Shown here piece by piece: positions 29,481 through 41,654 of a stretch of 64,000 bases of DNA. The stretch is from Anaeromyxobacteraceae bacterium. Its GTDB lineage: Bacteria > Myxococcota > Myxococcia > Myxococcales > Anaeromyxobacteraceae. The DNA is taken from contig JASGHJ010000001.1 in assembly GCA_047602405.1 (NCBI GenBank), forward strand, positions 992,001-1,056,000, given 5' to 3'. Each line of letters opens with the position of its first letter. The first letter of the stretch is position 1. A program made the position numbers and the translations under genes. The notes below the pieces were generated by a model that was not told the origin of the DNA, did not search any database, and saw only the letters and a list, made by a program, of their open reading frames with translations.

Positions 29481-29496
29481 CGGCCCACCCCGTGCA
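29481..29496 (+). promoter_or_regulatory. Possible sigma54 promoter of the Cys-rich lipoprotein pair
   Basis: CGGCCC-ACCCC-GTGCA with GG-N10-GC spacing; predicted start site falls just before the GGAGGT SD. Confidence 0.4.
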
Positions 29497-29521
29497 TTTC
29501 ACGCGCGGCGGAGGTGGGCAC

Positions 29522-29810
29522 ATGTCCTTCGCTCGCACGCTCGTGTTCGCGCTCGCCGCGACCGCGCTGGGGACCGGCTGCGCCATCGACGCCTGCGAGG
29601 AGTGGTCGCTCCTCGGCCGCAACGGCTACTGCACGCAGTCGTACCGCCCGCCTCTTCACCGAGGAGGACGCGGGCCCCGACGGCTCGACGACTTACTGCG
29701 CCGGTACCCTGTACGAGAACACGAGCTGCGCCGACCTCGGCTACACGTTCTCGTGCGACTGGAGCGATCGCCATGTCCGTCCCGAGGACGAGCGGAGCTG
29801 CCCGTGGTGA
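29522..29810 (+). pseudogene. Small Cys-rich lipoprotein, frameshifted near 29645-29652 (true pseudogene or assembly error)
   Basis: GGAGGT SD, signal MSFARTLVFALAATALGTGC; homology to the downstream gene continues in the +1 frame (LFTEED...CAG...CADLGYTFSC...RP...CPW). Confidence 0.7.
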
Positions 29811-30094
29811 TCCGCGCGATGGCCTTCGCCGCGGCCCTCTCCGCGCTCCCCGGCTGCTGGAGCGTCGCGTGCGTCGAGCCCACCGGCGGCGCCGCGATGC
29901 GCTGCTGGGAGACGGTCGACGGGATCCTCTTCCAGGAGGAGCGCGACCTCGACGGCGACGGCTACGCCGACCTCCCCGCGTGCACCGGCGAGCGGAACGA
30001 CTTCTCCACCTGCGGCGGCCTCGGCTTCACCGTGAACTGCCCCGACAGCGAGTACTACGCGCGCCCGGGCGAGGCGACGTACGCGTGTCCGTGA
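29807..30094 (+). CDS. Small Cys-rich lipoprotein (paralogue of the upstream gene)
   Basis: GTGA overlap; lipobox LPGC; six further Cys; DLDGDG motif. Confidence 0.75.
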   Translation: MIRAMAFAAALSALPGCWSVACVEPTGGAAMRCWETVDGILFQEERDLDGDGYADLPACTGERNDFSTCGGLGFTVNCPDSEYYARPGEATYACP

Positions 30095-30252
30095 AGGCGG
30101 GGCGAGGCTGCGGAACCTGGTTCAGCCGGCTGAACTGCAGCGGAAATTCGAGCAATGTCTCGTGATGTCGGCGACTTGCGGGCGAAAATTGGTGCCTTCT
30201 ACCGGTAGAAACGCCGGGGCACGAGAGCGCCCGCACCGCTGACCGACGCGGC

Positions 30253-30261
30253 TGATAGATT
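30253..30261 (+). promoter_or_regulatory. Extended -10 element (TGaTAGATT), probable leaderless transcript
   Basis: TAGATT ends 7 nt before the ATG at 30269; no SD present. Confidence 0.45.
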
Positions 30262-30268
30262 CTCCTCG

Positions 30269-30478
30269 ATGGCGGACGAACACAGCTCGCCCCCGGACCG
30301 CGATGACGGGATCGTCTTCGACCAGACGCTCTTCGACGAACTCGCGCGGATGACGCCCGAGGAGCGCCTGCGCCACAACGACCGCATGGTCGCCACCTTG
30401 CGGGAGCTCCGCGATGCCTTCGCAGCGACCGGAAAGCCTGACGACGCTGCTCGCCCGGCTGGCGGCGAGCGGGACTGA
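30269..30478 (+). CDS. Small protein with MTPEERL motif, partner of the downstream nucleotidyltransferase
   Basis: 69 aa, helical LARMTPEERLRHNDRM; overlaps the NTase gene. Confidence 0.65.
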   Translation: MADEHSSPPDRDDGIVFDQTLFDELARMTPEERLRHNDRMVATLRELRDAFAATGKPDDAARPAGGERD

Positions 30479-30911
30479 CTTCCTCCTGGTCGGCGGCCTC
30501 GCGGCGGCGGCCCAGGGAGCGGCGCTGACCACGGTCGACGTCGACGTGGTCCATCGCCGGGATGCGGAGAACGTCCGCCGGCTCCTCGCGTTCCTCGACT
30601 CCGTCGGCGCCCGCTACCGCGGGCGTCCGCCGGGCCAGGTGCTCCGTCCCACGGAGGCCCTGCTCCTGGGCGACGGGCACCAGCTCCTGTCGACCGATCT
30701 CGGCCAGCTGGACGTGCTCGGCGCGATCGAAGGTGGCCGCGACTACGCGAGCCTCTTGCCCGAGTCGGTCGAACTGACGGTGGAGGGTCAGAAGGTTCGC
30801 GTCGTCAGGCTCGAGACCCTCGCCGAGCTCAAGCGCGGCTCCCGGAGCCCGAAGGATCAGCTGGTCGTCGCGATGATCGAGCAGGCGCTCAGGACCCGCG
30901 ACCGGCGCTGA
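30414..30911 (+). CDS. Pol-beta-superfamily nucleotidyltransferase
   Basis: LVGGLAA...TVDVDVV motif, third Asp in LDVL, C-terminal LAELK..SRSPKD. Confidence 0.82.
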   Translation: MPSQRPESLTTLLARLAASGTDFLLVGGLAAAAQGAALTTVDVDVVHRRDAENVRRLLAFLDSVGARYRGRPPGQVLRPTEALLLGDGHQLLSTDLGQLDVLGAIEGGRDYASLLPESVELTVEGQKVRVVRLETLAELKRGSRSPKDQLVVAMIEQALRTRDRR

Positions 30912-31045
30912 TGGGTGCGATCGGTGGAGAAGAGCGCCTTCAGGAAGGACGCGGTGCCGAGCTCGAACGCCCTGCCGCCTGCCTCGACGTGCACGCCCAT
31001 CGTTCCACCCCCGGACGCTGCACCCGGATCGCGCTCCCGCCCGCC

Positions 31046-32107
31046 CTACTCCCGCCCCAGCGCCCGCGAGATCTCCCGCGCGGTGAAGTCCACGAGCGGG
31101 ATCACCCGCGCGTAGTTCATCCGCGTGGGGCCGACGACGGCGAGCGTGCCGAGCACGTGCCCGCTCCGGCCGTACGGCGCGGCGACGACCGACACGTCCT
31201 CGACGGAGGCGAACTCGCTCTCGGCGCCGATGAAGATCTGCACCTCGCTCGCGCGCAGCACGCGGTCGAGCACGCGCAGGATCCGGTCCTTCTCGGCGAA
31301 CGCGCGGAGCAGGGCGCGCGCCTTGCGGACGTTGCCGAACTCGGGCGCGTCGAGGAAGCTCTCCTCGCCGCCGACGAGCACGCGGCCCTCGCTCGCCGGC
31401 GCGGCCTCGAACGTCTGCTCGGCGAGCGCGAGCGCCTTCGCGAGGAGGTCCTGCAGCGCGCTCTGGTCGGCGCGCATGTCGCCGAGGATGCCCTCGCGGA
31501 TGGAGGCGAGGTCGCGGGCGGTCGGCTGGGAGGCGCCGAGCTTCTCGGTGAGGTAGTGCGCGGCGCGCTCGAGCTCGGAGGGCTCCATCGGGAACTCGAG
31601 CTGGACGAGCTTGTTCGTGACGATCCCGGCCTCGGAGACGAAGACCGCCAGCACCCGGTTCTCGCGCAGGCGCACGAACTCGATCTGGCGCACCGGGTCC
31701 GCGGCGGGCGTGGGCGTCGTGACGACGCCGGCGTGGTGCGAGAGCGAGTGGAGCAGGTCCTTCGTGCCCTCGAGGAGCTGGCCGACGTCGCTCGCCTCCT
31801 GGGCGAGCTTCTCGATGCGCTCGCGGTCGCTCGGCGCGGGCGGGCGAACCTTGAGCAGCGAGTCGACGTAGAGCCGGTAGCCGCGCTCGGTCGGGATGCG
31901 GCCGGAGGACGCGTGCGGCTTCTCGAGGAAGCCGAGCGCCTCGAGGTCGGCCATCACGCTGCGGACGGTGGCAGGCGAGACCTCGAGCTCGTGGCGCGCG
32001 ATGAGCGGCTGGCTCGCGACCGGCTCGCCGGTCTGGATGTAGTCCTGGACGAGCGCGCGGAGGATCTCGCGTTCGCGTCGGTCGAGCTCGCCGGTGGGGG
32101 ATGGCAT
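31046..32107 (-). CDS. hrcA: Heat-inducible transcription repressor HrcA
   Basis: [40 protein letters not shown]. Confidence 0.97.
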   Translation of the reverse strand: MPSPTGELDRREREILRALVQDYIQTGEPVASQPLIARHELEVSPATVRSVMADLEALGFLEKPHASSGRIPTERGYRLYVDSLLKVRPPAPSDRERIEKLAQEASDVGQLLEGTKDLLHSLSHHAGVVTTPTPAADPVRQIEFVRLRENRVLAVFVSEAGIVTNKLVQLEFPMEPSELERAAHYLTEKLGASQPTARDLASIREGILGDMRADQSALQDLLAKALALAEQTFEAAPASEGRVLVGGEESFLDAPEFGNVRKARALLRAFAEKDRILRVLDRVLRASEVQIFIGAESEFASVEDVSVVAAPYGRSGHVLGTLAVVGPTRMNYARVIPLVDFTAREISRALGRE

Positions 32108-32128
32108 GACGCTACCCGTCCCGCGGCT

Positions 32129-32863
32129 TCACTCGCCGCCGGCCCTCGACGCGTCACGCTGGGCGAGGGCGAGGTGCCGCTCCGCCGCCGTCGTGAGCGA
32201 CGCGAAGCGGCCGGCCTGGAGCGTGCGCCACAGCGGCGCGGCCTTCGCGCGATCGCCGGACGCCTCGGCCACGAGCGCGTCGAGGTGGGTGCGCTCCTCG
32301 GGGTTCACGTAGGCGAAGGCGATGCGGGCGAGGCCGTCGGCGTCGAGCCGCAGCGCCTCCTTCACGAGCCCGCGCGCCGCGAGGATGTCGCCCCGGGCGT
32401 CGGCGAGGAGCGCGAGCGCGTACCAGGGCTCGGGCCGCGTCGGATCGAGGCCGCGCGCCGTCTCGAGCGTCGCCTGCGCGGCGGAGACGAAGCCGTCGGA
32501 GGCGTGGAGCTGGCCGAGGTTCACGAGCGCGGCCTGCTGCTCGCGCGCGTCGCCGCCCGACACCACCTCGTCGAGCAGGCGCCGGGCCGCCTGGCCGTGC
32601 CCCTCGAGCGCGTATGCGACCGCGAGGTCGTTGAGCGCCCAGAGCCGGCCCGGGTCCTGCGCGAGCGCCGCCTCGTACGCGGTGCGCGCCCCGCCGAGGT
32701 CGCCGGCCCGCAGGCGCTCGGCCCCCTGCCCGCCCGGGGCGACGAGGAGCGCGAGGAGCGGGGAGGCGTCGTCCGGCACGCGCACGTCGGCAGCGCCGCC
32801 GCAGGCCGCGAGGGCGGCGAGGAGCGCGAGCGAGGCGAGGCGGTGGGTGCGGGAGACGCGCAT
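32129..32863 (-). CDS. TPR-repeat lipoprotein
   Basis: Lipobox LAAC; TPR-like ALNDLAVAY, ALVNLG, PWYALA; ATG at 32863. Confidence 0.8.
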   Translation of the reverse strand: MRVSRTHRLASLALLAALAACGGAADVRVPDDASPLLALLVAPGGQGAERLRAGDLGGARTAYEAALAQDPGRLWALNDLAVAYALEGHGQAARRLLDEVVSGGDAREQQAALVNLGQLHASDGFVSAAQATLETARGLDPTRPEPWYALALLADARGDILAARGLVKEALRLDADGLARIAFAYVNPEERTHLDALVAEASGDRAKAAPLWRTLQAGRFASLTTAAERHLALAQRDASRAGGE

Positions 32864-32891
32864 GTTCGTGCTGCCTGGCAGCAACCGACCG

Positions 32892-32920
32892 AGTGTAGCC
32901 ACCCCCCCTCGGTGGATCAA
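32892..32920 (-). promoter_or_regulatory. Putative sigma70 promoter of TPR-hrcA (TTGATC-N17-TACACT)
   Basis: Minus strand, canonical spacing, about 30 nt upstream of the start. Confidence 0.55.
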
Positions 32921-33014
32921 GGAACCCCGCGCCCGGACGGGGGGAATCGGCCCGAGAAGTTCCGGCGCGCGAAGCGCCCGTTCTGACTAATATCCCGCGC
33001 CCTCGCCCCGCGCC

Positions 33015-36779
<3,765 letters not shown>

Positions 36780-36908
36780 TCCTGGCGCATTTCCGTGCTC
36801 TTTTCCCTGTCCCACGGGTACGCCAGCGCCCCCGCGGTCGGAACAAGACCGCCCGGTCGTGCGTTCGCTCACCGCCTGGTTCACCACCCCAGTAAGGAGC
36901 TTCTCGAC

Positions 36909-37928
36909 ATGCGCCGTCTCCTCGCTTTCGGCCTCTGCGCCCTGGCCATCACCGCCTGCGGCGGCTCCGGCAAGAAGTCCGGCACCGGCCCCGTCATCGC
37001 GAAGGGCAAGGGCTTCACCATCACCGCGGACGAGTTCAAGGCCCGCCTCGACGAGCAGTCGCCCTTCATGCGCGCCCGGTACAACAACCTGGAGCGCAAG
37101 AAGGAGTTCCTCGACAACCTCGTCCGCTTCGAGGTGCTCGCCGCCGAGGCGCGCCGCATGAAGCTCGACCAGGATCCGGACGTGCAGAGCACGCTCCAGA
37201 AGATCATGGTCCAGAAGCTCGTCCAGACGAAGTTCCAGGACCCGAAGGACGGCGCGTCGCCGGTCGCCGACGCCGACGCGCAGAAGTACTACGACGAGCA
37301 CAAGGCGGAGTACCAGCGCCCGAAGCGCATCCGCGCCGCGGCGGTGACCTTCGCCTCCGACGCCGGCAGCGCGAAGCGCAAGGCGGACGTCGCGGCCGCG
37401 AAGAAGGCGCTCGCGAAGCTGAAGGTCGAGGAGAAGAAGAGCCCGCTCGCCTTCAACCAGCTCGTCACCGAGTTCTCCGAGGACGCGGCCACCAAGGCCT
37501 CCGGCGGCGACCTCGGCTTCAAGACCCAGGACGAGCTCGCGGCCGCGTTCACGCCCGACGTCGCGGCGAAGGTCGCGGCGCTCGCGGCCGGCCAGACCAC
37601 CGACGTCGTCGAGACGCCGAAGGGCGTCTACATCCTGAAGCTCCTCGGCACGCAGGAGGAGCTCAACCGGTCCTTCGAGCAGGTGAAGCAGCAGATCGTC
37701 AACAAGCTCGCCCGCGAGAAGCGCACGAAGGAGTTCGACGAGTTCGTGAAGAAGCTCCGCGACGAGGCGGGCATCTCGGTCGACGACAAGGCGCTCGACG
37801 CCGTCCAGGTCGCCGCGGCGCCCGAGGGCGGGATGCCCCCGGGGATGCCCGGCATGCCCTCCGGCATGGCGCCGCACGGCGCTCCTCCGCCGGCTCCGGC
37901 CCCGGCCCCCGCGCCGGTCACGAAGTAG
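36909..37928 (+). CDS. Parvulin-type peptidyl-prolyl isomerase lipoprotein
   Basis: AAGGAG SD, lipobox ITAC, SED..SGGDLGF, VETPKGVYI. Confidence 0.88.
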   Translation: MRRLLAFGLCALAITACGGSGKKSGTGPVIAKGKGFTITADEFKARLDEQSPFMRARYNNLERKKEFLDNLVRFEVLAAEARRMKLDQDPDVQSTLQKIMVQKLVQTKFQDPKDGASPVADADAQKYYDEHKAEYQRPKRIRAAAVTFASDAGSAKRKADVAAAKKALAKLKVEEKKSPLAFNQLVTEFSEDAATKASGGDLGFKTQDELAAAFTPDVAAKVAALAAGQTTDVVETPKGVYILKLLGTQEELNRSFEQVKQQIVNKLAREKRTKEFDEFVKKLRDEAGISVDDKALDAVQVAAAPEGGMPPGMPGMPSGMAPHGAPPPAPAPAPAPVTK

Positions 37929-37938
37929 CGAAGGCCCG

Positions 37939-38880
37939 GTGAGGATCGGCGTCTCGATCGTGGTGGCGGCCCTCGGGCTCGCCGCCTGCGGACGGTGCGG
38001 CGCGAGCCGGCCGGCCGCGCCCGCCGCCCCGCCGCCCGTCGCGGTGGTGAACGGCGAGCCGATCCTCCCCGACGCGCTCGCCCGCGAGCTCTCCGAGACG
38101 CGGGCGGGCGAGGCGCAGGGGCCGCTCGAGCCCGTCAAGCGCCGCATCCTCGACGACCTCGTGGCGCGCGCGCTCCTCCTCCAGGAGGCGCGCGCGCGCT
38201 CCATCGTCGTCGGCCAGGACCTCGTCGAGCGCGAGTTCCTCCGCGTCCGCGCCGAGTACCCCGGCACGCACTTCGACGACCTCCTCGCCGAGAAGCGCCT
38301 CTCCCAGGCGGACCTGAAGGCGCGCCTCAAGGACCAGCTCACCATGGAGCGCCTCCTCGAGCAGGAGGTGTTCCAGGCCGTGCAGGTGTCCGACCAGGAG
38401 GTCGAGCGCTGGTACGGCGAGCACGCCGCCGAGTTCGACGTCGCCGAGCAGGTGAAGGTCTCGCAGATCGTGGTGGCGTCCCGCGACGAGGCGCTGCAGA
38501 TCCGGGACCGGCTGCGGAAGAACCCGCAGACCTTCGCCGAGGTGGCGAAGAAGTCGTCCATCGCCCCCGAGGCGAGGAACGGCGGCGACCTCGGCTTCAT
38601 CGCGAAGGGCGGGGGCTTCCCCGAGGTGTTCGACGTGACTTTCCAGATGGCGCCGAACGTCATCTCCGACGTGACGCCCTCTCCCTACGGCTTCCACCTG
38701 TTCAAGGTGACCGAGCGCCGCCCGGCCGGGCGCCGCACCCTCGAGCAGGCGAAGCCCGAGATCAAAGAGAAGCTCCTCCGGCAGAAGCGCCTCGCGGCGC
38801 AGGAGGAGTACCTCGCCGCCCTCCGCAAGCGCGCCAAGGTCGAGATCGACGAGAAGGCGCTCGCCTCGGTGACCCCGTGA
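37939..38880 (+). CDS. Parvulin-type peptidyl-prolyl isomerase (SurA/PrsA-like) lipoprotein
   Basis: Lipobox LAAC, VAVVNGEPI, GGDLGF, SPYGFHLFKV. Confidence 0.9.
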   Translation: MRIGVSIVVAALGLAACGRCGASRPAAPAAPPPVAVVNGEPILPDALARELSETRAGEAQGPLEPVKRRILDDLVARALLLQEARARSIVVGQDLVEREFLRVRAEYPGTHFDDLLAEKRLSQADLKARLKDQLTMERLLEQEVFQAVQVSDQEVERWYGEHAAEFDVAEQVKVSQIVVASRDEALQIRDRLRKNPQTFAEVAKKSSIAPEARNGGDLGFIAKGGGFPEVFDVTFQMAPNVISDVTPSPYGFHLFKVTERRPAGRRTLEQAKPEIKEKLLRQKRLAAQEEYLAALRKRAKVEIDEKALASVTP

Positions 38881-39908
38881 ACCTCATCCTCGCCCTCGTC
38901 CCCGCCCTCCTCCTCGCCGCCGACCCCGCCCCGGCGCCCGCCGCGGCCGCCCAGGAGGGCGAGGTCGTCGACCGCGTCGCCGCCGTCGTGAACGGCGACG
39001 TCGTGATGCTCTCCGAGCTCGCCGACATCGCCGGCTCGGAGTGGGTCCGCGTCCAGGCCATGCCGGACGGCCCGGAGAAGCAGAAGGACCGCGCCGAGAT
39101 GCTGAAGAAGGTCTTCGCCCAGGTGCTCGAGCAGAAGCTGCTCGCCCAGTCGGCGGCGAAGGACGGCATCGAGATCACCGACAAGCAGGTCGACGCGTCC
39201 ATCGAGGACGTGAAGACCCGCAACCGCCTCGACCAGGCCCAGCTCGAGGCCGCCCTCGCCGCGCAGGGCCTGGACCTCGCCACCTACCGCGCCAACACGA
39301 AGCGCGACCTCGAGGCGCTCTACGCGCTGCAGGAGAAGGTCCGCAACCGCGTGAAGATCGGCGACACGGACCTGCAGAACTACTACCAGACGCACGAGGC
39401 GGACTTCCGCGGCGAGCCGGAGGTGAAGCTCCGGCACATCTTCCTGCCGCTCCCGGAGGGCGCGCCGGCCGCCGAGGAGAAGAAGGTCCGCGCCGAGGCC
39501 GACCGCATCAAGGCTCGCCTGCTGGCCGGCGCCGACTTCGTGGCCGAGGCGAAGAAGTCCTCGAAGGGCCCGTCCGCCGGCGACGGCGGCGACCTCGGCT
39601 GGGTCCGCAAGGGCACCATCGAGAAGGTCGACGAGCTCGTCGTCGGCATGGAGCCGGGTCAGATGACCGACTGGGTCCGCGTCGGCCCCGGCATCCACCT
39701 CTTCAAGGTCGAGGAGAAGCGCCTCGCGGGCGCGAAGACCTTCGAGGAGGCGAAGGAGGAGATCCGGCAGCGGCTGTACGAGGGGCAGATGCAGGGCCTC
39801 CGCCAGCAGGTCGTCGGCGAGCTGAAGCGCGACGCCGTCATCGAGACGAAGATCCCCGAGCTCGCCGACGAGGCGAGCGGGACGAAGTTCTCGTCCAAGC
39901 TGAAGTAG
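38877..39908 (+). CDS. surA: SurA-like periplasmic chaperone/PPIase
   Basis: VDRVAAVVNGDVV SurA N-domain, LRHI, GGDLGW, GIHLFKV; upstream of pdxA; GTGA overlap. Confidence 0.85.
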   Translation: MNLILALVPALLLAADPAPAPAAAAQEGEVVDRVAAVVNGDVVMLSELADIAGSEWVRVQAMPDGPEKQKDRAEMLKKVFAQVLEQKLLAQSAAKDGIEITDKQVDASIEDVKTRNRLDQAQLEAALAAQGLDLATYRANTKRDLEALYALQEKVRNRVKIGDTDLQNYYQTHEADFRGEPEVKLRHIFLPLPEGAPAAEEKKVRAEADRIKARLLAGADFVAEAKKSSKGPSAGDGGDLGWVRKGTIEKVDELVVGMEPGQMTDWVRVGPGIHLFKVEEKRLAGAKTFEEAKEEIRQRLYEGQMQGLRQQVVGELKRDAVIETKIPELADEASGTKFSSKLK

Positions 39909-40033
39909 GGCCGCCGGCGGTGGCGCCGGGCGCGCGGACCGCAGTCCTTCGGGGCGCGGCCGACTGCCCGCTCGACGCGGGCCTGCACCCGCAGTAGAAG
40001 GTCCGGGTTCGTTCGCCGCCGCGAGAGGACCCC

Positions 40034-40555
40034 ATGCGCACGCCCGCAGCGCTGTTCGCCGCCGCAACCCTCCTGGCCGCGGGCCCCGCCGCGGCCGGGG
40101 AACCTCCCTTCGAGCACGACTGGCGCTCGGAGAACGGCGGCGCCGACCGCATCAGCCGGCAGCAGGCGCTCCCGCCGTACGGCCACGGCGAGCCGGCGGC
40201 CGTCATGTCCGTGCGCCTGATGAAGCTCCCCCCGGAGCACGCGCCCCTCGCGGAGCTCGTCGCGAAGCAGCTCGCGCCTGGCCCCGCGACCACGCTCGCC
40301 GATCCCGGTCCCATCCCGACGAAGACCGAGACCATCGCCGGGCACGAGGTGACCTTCGCCCGCTACCGGATCACCGCGCTCCGGGGCCAATCGTTCGAGG
40401 TGCCACGCCTCTCGGTCCATGCGTTCACCATCGACGACGGAGACCTGGTGTTCATGAACCTCCTCGTGGCCGTACCGAAGCTCGACGAGGTCGCCGCGGC
40501 CGACCACCGGAAGTTCGTGGAGTGGATCCTCGGCGGGGGGCTGTCCGGGAAGTGA
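40034..40555 (+). CDS. Hypothetical exported protein
   Basis: GAGG SD, signal peptide, coding-like codon bias; no recognised domain. Confidence 0.7.
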   Translation: MRTPAALFAAATLLAAGPAAAGEPPFEHDWRSENGGADRISRQQALPPYGHGEPAAVMSVRLMKLPPEHAPLAELVAKQLAPGPATTLADPGPIPTKTETIAGHEVTFARYRITALRGQSFEVPRLSVHAFTIDDGDLVFMNLLVAVPKLDEVAAADHRKFVEWILGGGLSGK

Positions 40556-40589
40556 CGCCGCGGCCGGCCCTGCGGATAAGATCCCGCGC

Positions 40590-41654
40590 ATGTCCCTCCC
40601 CCGCGTCGCGATCAGCCTCGGCGATCCCTCCGGCATCGGCGCGGAGGTGACGGCCGCGGCGCTCGCGCGCGTGCGCGGCGAGTGCACGCCGGTGGTCTAC
40701 GGCGATCTGGGCCTCTTCCGGCGCTGGTTCGCGGAGCTCACGGTGCCGGTGCTCGCGCGCGGCGCGGCACCCGGGCGCTCGGGCGGGCTCGTGCCGGTGA
40801 CCGAGCTCGCCGCGAAGGACGCCCGGCCCGGGAAGCCGACGCGCGCAGGGGCCGGGGCGCAGGTCGCCTACCTCGAGCGCGCGTTCGACGCGGTGACGCG
40901 TGGCGAGGCCGACGCGCTCGTGACCGCACCGGTGTCGAAGGCGCAGGTCGCGCGGGTCCTGCCCGGATTCGTCGGGCACACCGAGTGGCTGGAGGCGCGG
41001 GCTCCCTCGGCTCCGCGTCCCTCGTCTCCGGGCTCGCTGCGCGAGCCCTACGCTCGGGACGAACGGAGGCCCCGATCGGTGATGATGCTCGCCGGCGAGC
41101 GCCTGCGGATCGCGCTCGTCACGAACCACGTCGCGCTCGCGCGGCTGCCCCGGCTGCTCACCCCGGCGCGGATCGCAGGGACGATCGGCATCACCTTCCG
41201 CGCGCTGCGCGACGACTTCGGGATCCGGAGGCCGCGGCTCGCGCTCGCCGCGTTCAACCCGCACGCGGGCGAGGAGGGCACCTTCGGCGACGAGGAGGCC
41301 CGCGTGCTCGCGCCTGCGCTCGCGCTCGCGAGGAAGGCGGGCACGCCGGCGGCGGGGCCGTTCCCGGCCGACTCGGTCTTCTTCCGCGCCGCGCTCGGCG
41401 AGTTCGATGCGGTGGTCGCGCTCTACCACGACCAGGGGCTCATCCCGGTGAAGCTCCTCGACGCGGTCGGCGGCGACCCCGCGGTGAACGTGACGCTCGG
41501 GCTGCCCTTCGTGCGCACGAGCCCGGACCACGGCGTCGCCTACGGCCTCGCCGGCAAGGGCGAGGCCTCGGCCGACTCGATGGTCGCGGCGATCCGGCTC
41601 GCGATCCGGATGGCCGAGGTCAGGGCGGCGCGAGCGCGCGCGGCCAGACGCTGA
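40590..41654 (+). CDS. pdxA: 4-hydroxythreonine-4-phosphate dehydrogenase PdxA
   Basis: GDPSGIG, TAPVSK, GHTE, NPHAGE, YHDQG, RTSPDHG. Confidence 0.96.
   Translation: MSLPRVAISLGDPSGIGAEVTAAALARVRGECTPVVYGDLGLFRRWFAELTVPVLARGAAPGRSGGLVPVTELAAKDARPGKPTRAGAGAQVAYLERAFDAVTRGEADALVTAPVSKAQVARVLPGFVGHTEWLEARAPSAPRPSSPGSLREPYARDERRPRSVMMLAGERLRIALVTNHVALARLPRLLTPARIAGTIGITFRALRDDFGIRRPRLALAAFNPHAGEEGTFGDEEARVLAPALALARKAGTPAAGPFPADSVFFRAALGEFDAVVALYHDQGLIPVKLLDAVGGDPAVNVTLGLPFVRTSPDHGVAYGLAGKGEASADSMVAAIRLAIRMAEVRAARARAARR
41016..41066 (-). repeat. Dispersed hairpin repeat family 1, copy 2, inside the pdxA reading frame
   Basis: Minus strand CCGTTCGTCCCGAGCGTA-GGGCTCGC gca GCGAGCCC-GGAGACGAGGGACG. 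Confidence 0.85.

Noticed and set aside
29492..30094. Single 200-aa ORF in the track
   Set aside because: Its middle part is off-frame; paralogy shows two separate lipoprotein genes, the first frameshifted
12777..31045. Prophage or integrative element as the origin of the block between grpE and hrcA
   Set aside because: No integrase, transposase, phage gene, tRNA or att-like direct repeat is visible, and most genes have host-like codon usage
32875..32899. CIRCE-like sequence CTGGCAGCA-N7-GAGTGTAGC upstream of TPR-hrcA
   Set aside because: Spacer is 7 rather than 9 nt and both arms are degenerate; the right arm is better explained as the -10 (TACACT) of a sigma70 promoter
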